Source: an uncultured Gemmatimonadales bacterium
GTDB lineage: Bacteria > Gemmatimonadota > Gemmatimonadetes > Gemmatimonadales > GWC2-71-9
Assembly (NCBI GenBank): GCA_963798915.1
Contig: CAWCVB010000014.1
Location: 147,413-211,412, forward strand
DNA length: 64,000 nt
Reading direction: 5' to 3'
Shown: one piece after another, positions 60,161 through 64,000 of the stretch
Numbering within the stretch: position 1 is the stretch's first letter
Layout of the letters: each line of letters begins with the position of its first letter
Position numbers and translations under genes: made by a program
The notes under the pieces: generated by a model
What the model was told of the DNA's origin: nothing
The model's database searches: none
The model's input: the letters and a program-made list of their open reading frames with translations, nothing else

Positions 60161-61273
60161 ATGCGCGCCTCCAGGTTGCTCGCCATCGCCACTATTTCCG
60201 CCGTAGCGGTTGCAGTTCTCTCGCTGATCGCCATCTCGGATTTAGGCAATCGCGACTACATCTCCTACTGGGCGGCGGGCGATCTTCTGTCCCGCAAACT
60301 CAATCCATACCAGTACGATGCCGTGCTCCGGATAGAGAAATCCATGGGTCTCACCGGGGCCAGCGCCACAGTTATGCGGAATCCGCCGTTCATGCTTCCG
60401 GTAACTCTCGTCTTGGCAGTTTTGGGTCCAAAACTGGGCGGTGTAGCCTGGACGATAGGCATCATGTTCTCCATCGCCACCACCGTCCACATGGTGCGCC
60501 AGCGTCAGGACAGAACGCACATTTTAGGTTATCTATTCGCTCCGGGCCTCGCGTGCCTTATGGCGGGCCAGAGCGGAGCTATCCTGCTGCTCGGGCTTGT
60601 CCTGTTTTTTCGATATCAGGCGGAGCGGCCAGTTTTTGCGGGAATCGCGGCCGCCGTTCTCCTGTTCAAGCCTCATCTGTTTTTGCCGTTCGGTGTCGCA
60701 TTCGGGATTTGGATCATCACCCGGCGTCAGTACCGCCTGCTGGCGGCGCTACTAATGACGGCGGCGCTCCTGGGGATCGTTCCGCTGTATTGGAATCCCC
60801 GGGTCTGGGCCGACTACTTTGCCATGCTGCGTGACGCCGGGATTGAAGGCGAGTTCATTCCTACGATTTCATTCGCCGTCCGCCTGGGGCTCCACTCGAC
60901 AGTGGCGCAGTATCTACCAACGTTTGCGTCTTGCATCTGGGCCGCTGTGTACTTTTGGCGCCGGGCGGAGAATTGGAACTGGAACACGGATGGAGCGCTG
61001 GTCCTGGTCGTTTCCGTGGCGGCGGCGCCTTATGCATGGTTTACCGATGAACTGGTTCTCCTGCCGGTCATTTTGGCCCATCTCTATGTCTGTTCAGATC
61101 TTAGCGCCCGCTGGTTTGGGTTTCTGAACGGCATTGCACTGGTGGAAGTGCTGGGCGGGGTCGGAATGCCATCAGGTGGGTATATGTGGACTGCCTTAGC
61201 CTGGCTGTTATGGTTTACCTTGTCCAGAGCGAAAACCGTCCAGCCTGTTGATCACGAGACCGCAGCCGTTTAA
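60161..61273 (+). CDS. GT87/DUF2029-like membrane glycosyltransferase
   Basis: RDYISYW, NPY, RNPP, GQS, FKPHL, PYAW.DE; many TM helices. Confidence 0.82.
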   Translation: MRASRLLAIATISAVAVAVLSLIAISDLGNRDYISYWAAGDLLSRKLNPYQYDAVLRIEKSMGLTGASATVMRNPPFMLPVTLVLAVLGPKLGGVAWTIGIMFSIATTVHMVRQRQDRTHILGYLFAPGLACLMAGQSGAILLLGLVLFFRYQAERPVFAGIAAAVLLFKPHLFLPFGVAFGIWIITRRQYRLLAALLMTAALLGIVPLYWNPRVWADYFAMLRDAGIEGEFIPTISFAVRLGLHSTVAQYLPTFASCIWAAVYFWRRAENWNWNTDGALVLVVSVAAAPYAWFTDELVLLPVILAHLYVCSDLSARWFGFLNGIALVEVLGGVGMPSGGYMWTALAWLLWFTLSRAKTVQPVDHETAAV

Positions 61274-61323
61274 TCTGGTCCTTCGGACCCTGAAACAGCT
61301 TGGTCGGCGCTACGGCTTCCACA

Positions 61324-62900
61324 ATGAACACGCGACAGTATTTTTGCAGGATCCTCGAGTATCGAGCCTTCGGAGTGACGATCATGCTCGGCCTGATCGT
61401 ACTTACCCGCGTGGTCTGCCGCAGCCATATGTTGTACGATCTGGACTCGGTCAATTTCGCGCTGGCGCTTGGCCGGTTTGATCCACAGCCCACCAACCAC
61501 ACCCGCCAGGATACTTTCTTTACGTGTGTTTAGGGCGCCTGCTCAATTCCGTAATGCACGACCCGAATGCCGCCTTGGTTTGGATCAGCATTGTGGCGAG
61601 CGCCGCGGCGGCCGGGACGATCTATGCGCTGACCGACGCATGGTTCGGACGTAGGGCCGCGGCGTTGTCTTTGTTGCTCTTTCTGTTCTCTCCCTTATGC
61701 TGGTTCCACGGCACCGTCGCACTGACGTACATCGTGGAAGCATTCTTCTCCGCGGCGGTCGGATATTGCTGTTGGCGAAGTCAGTCCGGCCATTACCGGT
61801 GGGTGCTGCCGGCCTCGGTTCTGCTGGGCTTGTCCGCCGGTTTCCGTCCCTCTTCGCTTCTGTTCCTGCTGCCCGTGTGGGCCTTCAGCCTGCGCCGCAG
61901 CTGCCCGCGTTGGATTGGCACGGGCTGCGGGGTCCTCGCCTTGACCCTCACTGCGTGGTTCGTCCCGATGGTGGCGCACGCCGGCGGATTCACGGCCTAT
62001 GCGAGCGCGCTAGAACGGCTCTGGAGGATGGTTCCGTCCCGAGCGACTATATTCACCGGGAGCCTGGCCATGTCATTGGCTCGAGGGCTGACGATGGTTT
62101 GGATTTATGTTCTTTGCTTTGGCGCCGCGGCGCCCTTGATCCTGTCGGCTCGCACGCACCACGCGCCGGAGAGCCGCGAAAAGCTGCTCTTCGCCGCTGT
62201 CTGGATTGCACCTGGCGTGCTGTTCTTCACATTTGTGTTTCTGCTATTCGTGAACAGCGGCTATTTACTGGTGCTGAGTCCGCCACTCTTCGCCTGGCTT
62301 GCGGGTCTGCTGGACCGCGCGTACTCACGGACTGCCCAACGCGGTCGCGTTATGGCAGTCATAGCAGCCGCCTGCATAGCCAACTCGGCCTGGTTTCTTT
62401 GCGCTCCTGTTTACTGCTCTTACCGGAGCGTCCGGATCTTTGAACGGTCTATGGCCAGGATCGCGACGAGTATGCGGCAGCGGTTTAATCCCGCGGATAC
62501 GATCATTATTGGATTTGATTCCCATTTCCTGGGCTATCGTCATGCCGGGTACTATCTTCCCGAGTACCTGACGGTCCAGTACCCAGAGATCCGGTACGCA
62601 GAAGGAGCACACGTATTCGAGATGCAAAATCTCGACACCCGCGTGACGAAGCGGCTCTTTCTGGAGCGCTATAAGCGGTTCGTGCTGTTTCCCCTGCCCG
62701 CGGGAAAGGAATTCCCGATTGTTTGAACAAGATACGGGACCTCTTTCCCCGACATGCGCTGCGCAGCGAGCCGGCCGGGGGCGGAGTGTTTGTCACGGGT
62801 CGATCGCGGACCTGCCGGTACTGTTCCCCCACACCATTAGGTGAATGCACCCGTATATACCCGTTTTCATACCCGGCCGTAGTCTGTATACGCGTGTGCA
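61324..62900 (+). pseudogene. GT-C-type (DUF2723/PMT-like) membrane protein with frameshifts at ~61490 and ~62720; end approximate
   Basis: DSVNFAL, HQPHPPGY (after frame correction), SPLCWF, GFRP; multiple TM helices. Confidence 0.65.
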
Positions 62901-63047
62901 CAAGCCGGATTCTGCCGCTTGCGGAATCCAGGCAAGCACGTGGCTTATAAGGAGTTGTGATCTCCGTGCCGAATGGGTATCGAATTGCCTTGCATCACCC
63001 TGTAACGGCCCTCCAGAGAGGGCTGGGCACAAACAGGAGAGAAACGA

Positions 63048-63233
63048 ATGCGAGACTTCTTTTTGAGATTTTGCAAGGAAGAGGATGGCCAGGACCTGAT
63101 CGAGTACGCGCTGGTCGTCGCTCTCATCGCTTTTGCGGCCACGGTGGGCATGAGCACTGTGGCTACCAAGATCAACACGGCTTTCACGAACATCGGCCTC
63201 ACGATGGACCAGTATGTCAAGGCGCCAAGCTAG
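63048..63233 (+). CDS. flp: Flp/Fap type IVb pilin
   Basis: AGGAG RBS; EEDG|QDLIEYAL prepilin motif. Confidence 0.93.
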   Translation: MRDFFLRFCKEEDGQDLIEYALVVALIAFAATVGMSTVATKINTAFTNIGLTMDQYVKAPS

Positions 63234-63283
63234 ACCAGGTGGACAAATTTGGTATGCGTAATGACCGCCCAGGAGAGAAACGA

Positions 63284-63467
63284 ATGCGATACTTCTTTGT
63301 GGTACTCCAAGGAAGAGGATGGCCAGGACCTGATCGAATACGCGCTGGTCATCGCTCTCATCGCCTTCGCGGCCACTGTGGGCATGACCACTGTGGCTAC
63401 GAAGATCAACACGGCTTTTGAGAACATCGGCCTCACGATGGACCAGTACGTCAAGGCCCCGAGCTAG
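63284..63467 (+). pseudogene. flp: Second Flp pilin copy, frameshifted in the leader (~63300-63308)
   Basis: Near-identical to the first copy but 2 nt shorter; the ATG at 63284 is out of frame with GQDLIEY. Confidence 0.8.
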
Positions 63468-63471
63468 GCCG

Positions 63472-63958
63472 GATGATGAGCTCTGTTGCGTGGTGGCCGG
63501 TCTTGTGGCTGTCGTGGCGGCATCGGTTTGGAGTCTTTCGTGTAGACGGACTCCGAACCCATCGTCCCCTCTCTGGCAGCCGAGCCGGTCGCCGCCTGAC
63601 GAAAGCGGGGCATCATGGGGGCTCTTAGTATCGGCGGAATCTCGGATTGGGGGGCGCGATCGTCGGGCCCCTCATCAGGGCCACGGGGATGGGCGATCTG
63701 AAACTATGCGGTTATCGGAGCTTGGATCAGCCCATCCCCGATCGGGCTCCGCTGTACCTCCTAGGCGGGTCGGGCGCTCCGCGCCGCGGCCCCATTCGAG
63801 CATCGGGGCTCTGGAGCTTATTTGTGATCGCGCTGCCTTACGGTCCGGCGAATCGCGATTGGAACGCCGGTTTTCCCGGATACTCAGGGGGCCGGCGGCA
63901 GATGGATCTGGTGGGTTTTGTGAACGAAATACGATGCGGCGTGCTGTGGAAGATTTGA
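63472..63958 (+). pseudogene. Degenerate A24 prepilin peptidase (CpaA/TadV-like)
   Basis: RRTPN, GMGDLKL and LPYGPA motifs in broken frames directly after flp. Confidence 0.6.
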
Positions 63959-64000
63959 TCTCCATGGCGGATGGAGACTCTGGTGAATCTGATGCAGCTT

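Larger units (their letters stand above)
63034..63467 (+). repeat. Tandem direct repeat of RBS + flp (63034-63233 and 63270-63467)
   Basis: Both copies start CAGGAGAGAAACGAATGCGA and end AGCTAG. Confidence 0.9.

Overview
GC-rich bacterial chromosome. Positions 1 to about 58.76 kb resemble Gemmatimonadota, inferred from gene style and the tandem Big_1 lipoproteins and not confirmed by any search. Contents in order: mfd-PPIase-surA-pdxA; back-to-back HlyC/CorC and CzcD metal transport genes; a minus-strand accessory module (beta-propeller sensor kinase, LuxR regulator, RCC1 lipoprotein, lipocalin-like lipoprotein, pectinacetylesterase-like hydrolase); typA; a hyper-acidic microprotein; an orphan phage-type AAA_24/Sak4-like ATPase; a stand-alone tRNA-Ile followed by a redox/quinone-stress cluster; ptsN-like IIA; L,D-transpeptidase; a GntR-controlled hydroxyproline catabolic operon headed by a Tat-exported Xaa-Pro peptidase; ECF sigma/anti-sigma/OmpA; hppD-hmgA-acetoacetate-CoA ligase; five clustered tRNAs; secreted hydrolases; SURF1; two large Ig-repeat lipoproteins. 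At about 58.76 kb the second Ig gene stops abruptly and joins lower-GC, frameshift-rich DNA carrying GT-C glycosyltransferases, a 410-bp IS3 fragment, two Flp pilins and a prepilin peptidase remnant. This may be an assembly or read chimera. The most unusual non-genic signal is a set of six 7-nt-period arrays with different unit sequences. Five of them form inverted hairpins, and one contains a nested cruciform REP-like element. Three clean operator palindromes are also visible. There is no CRISPR array, rRNA or intact prophage.
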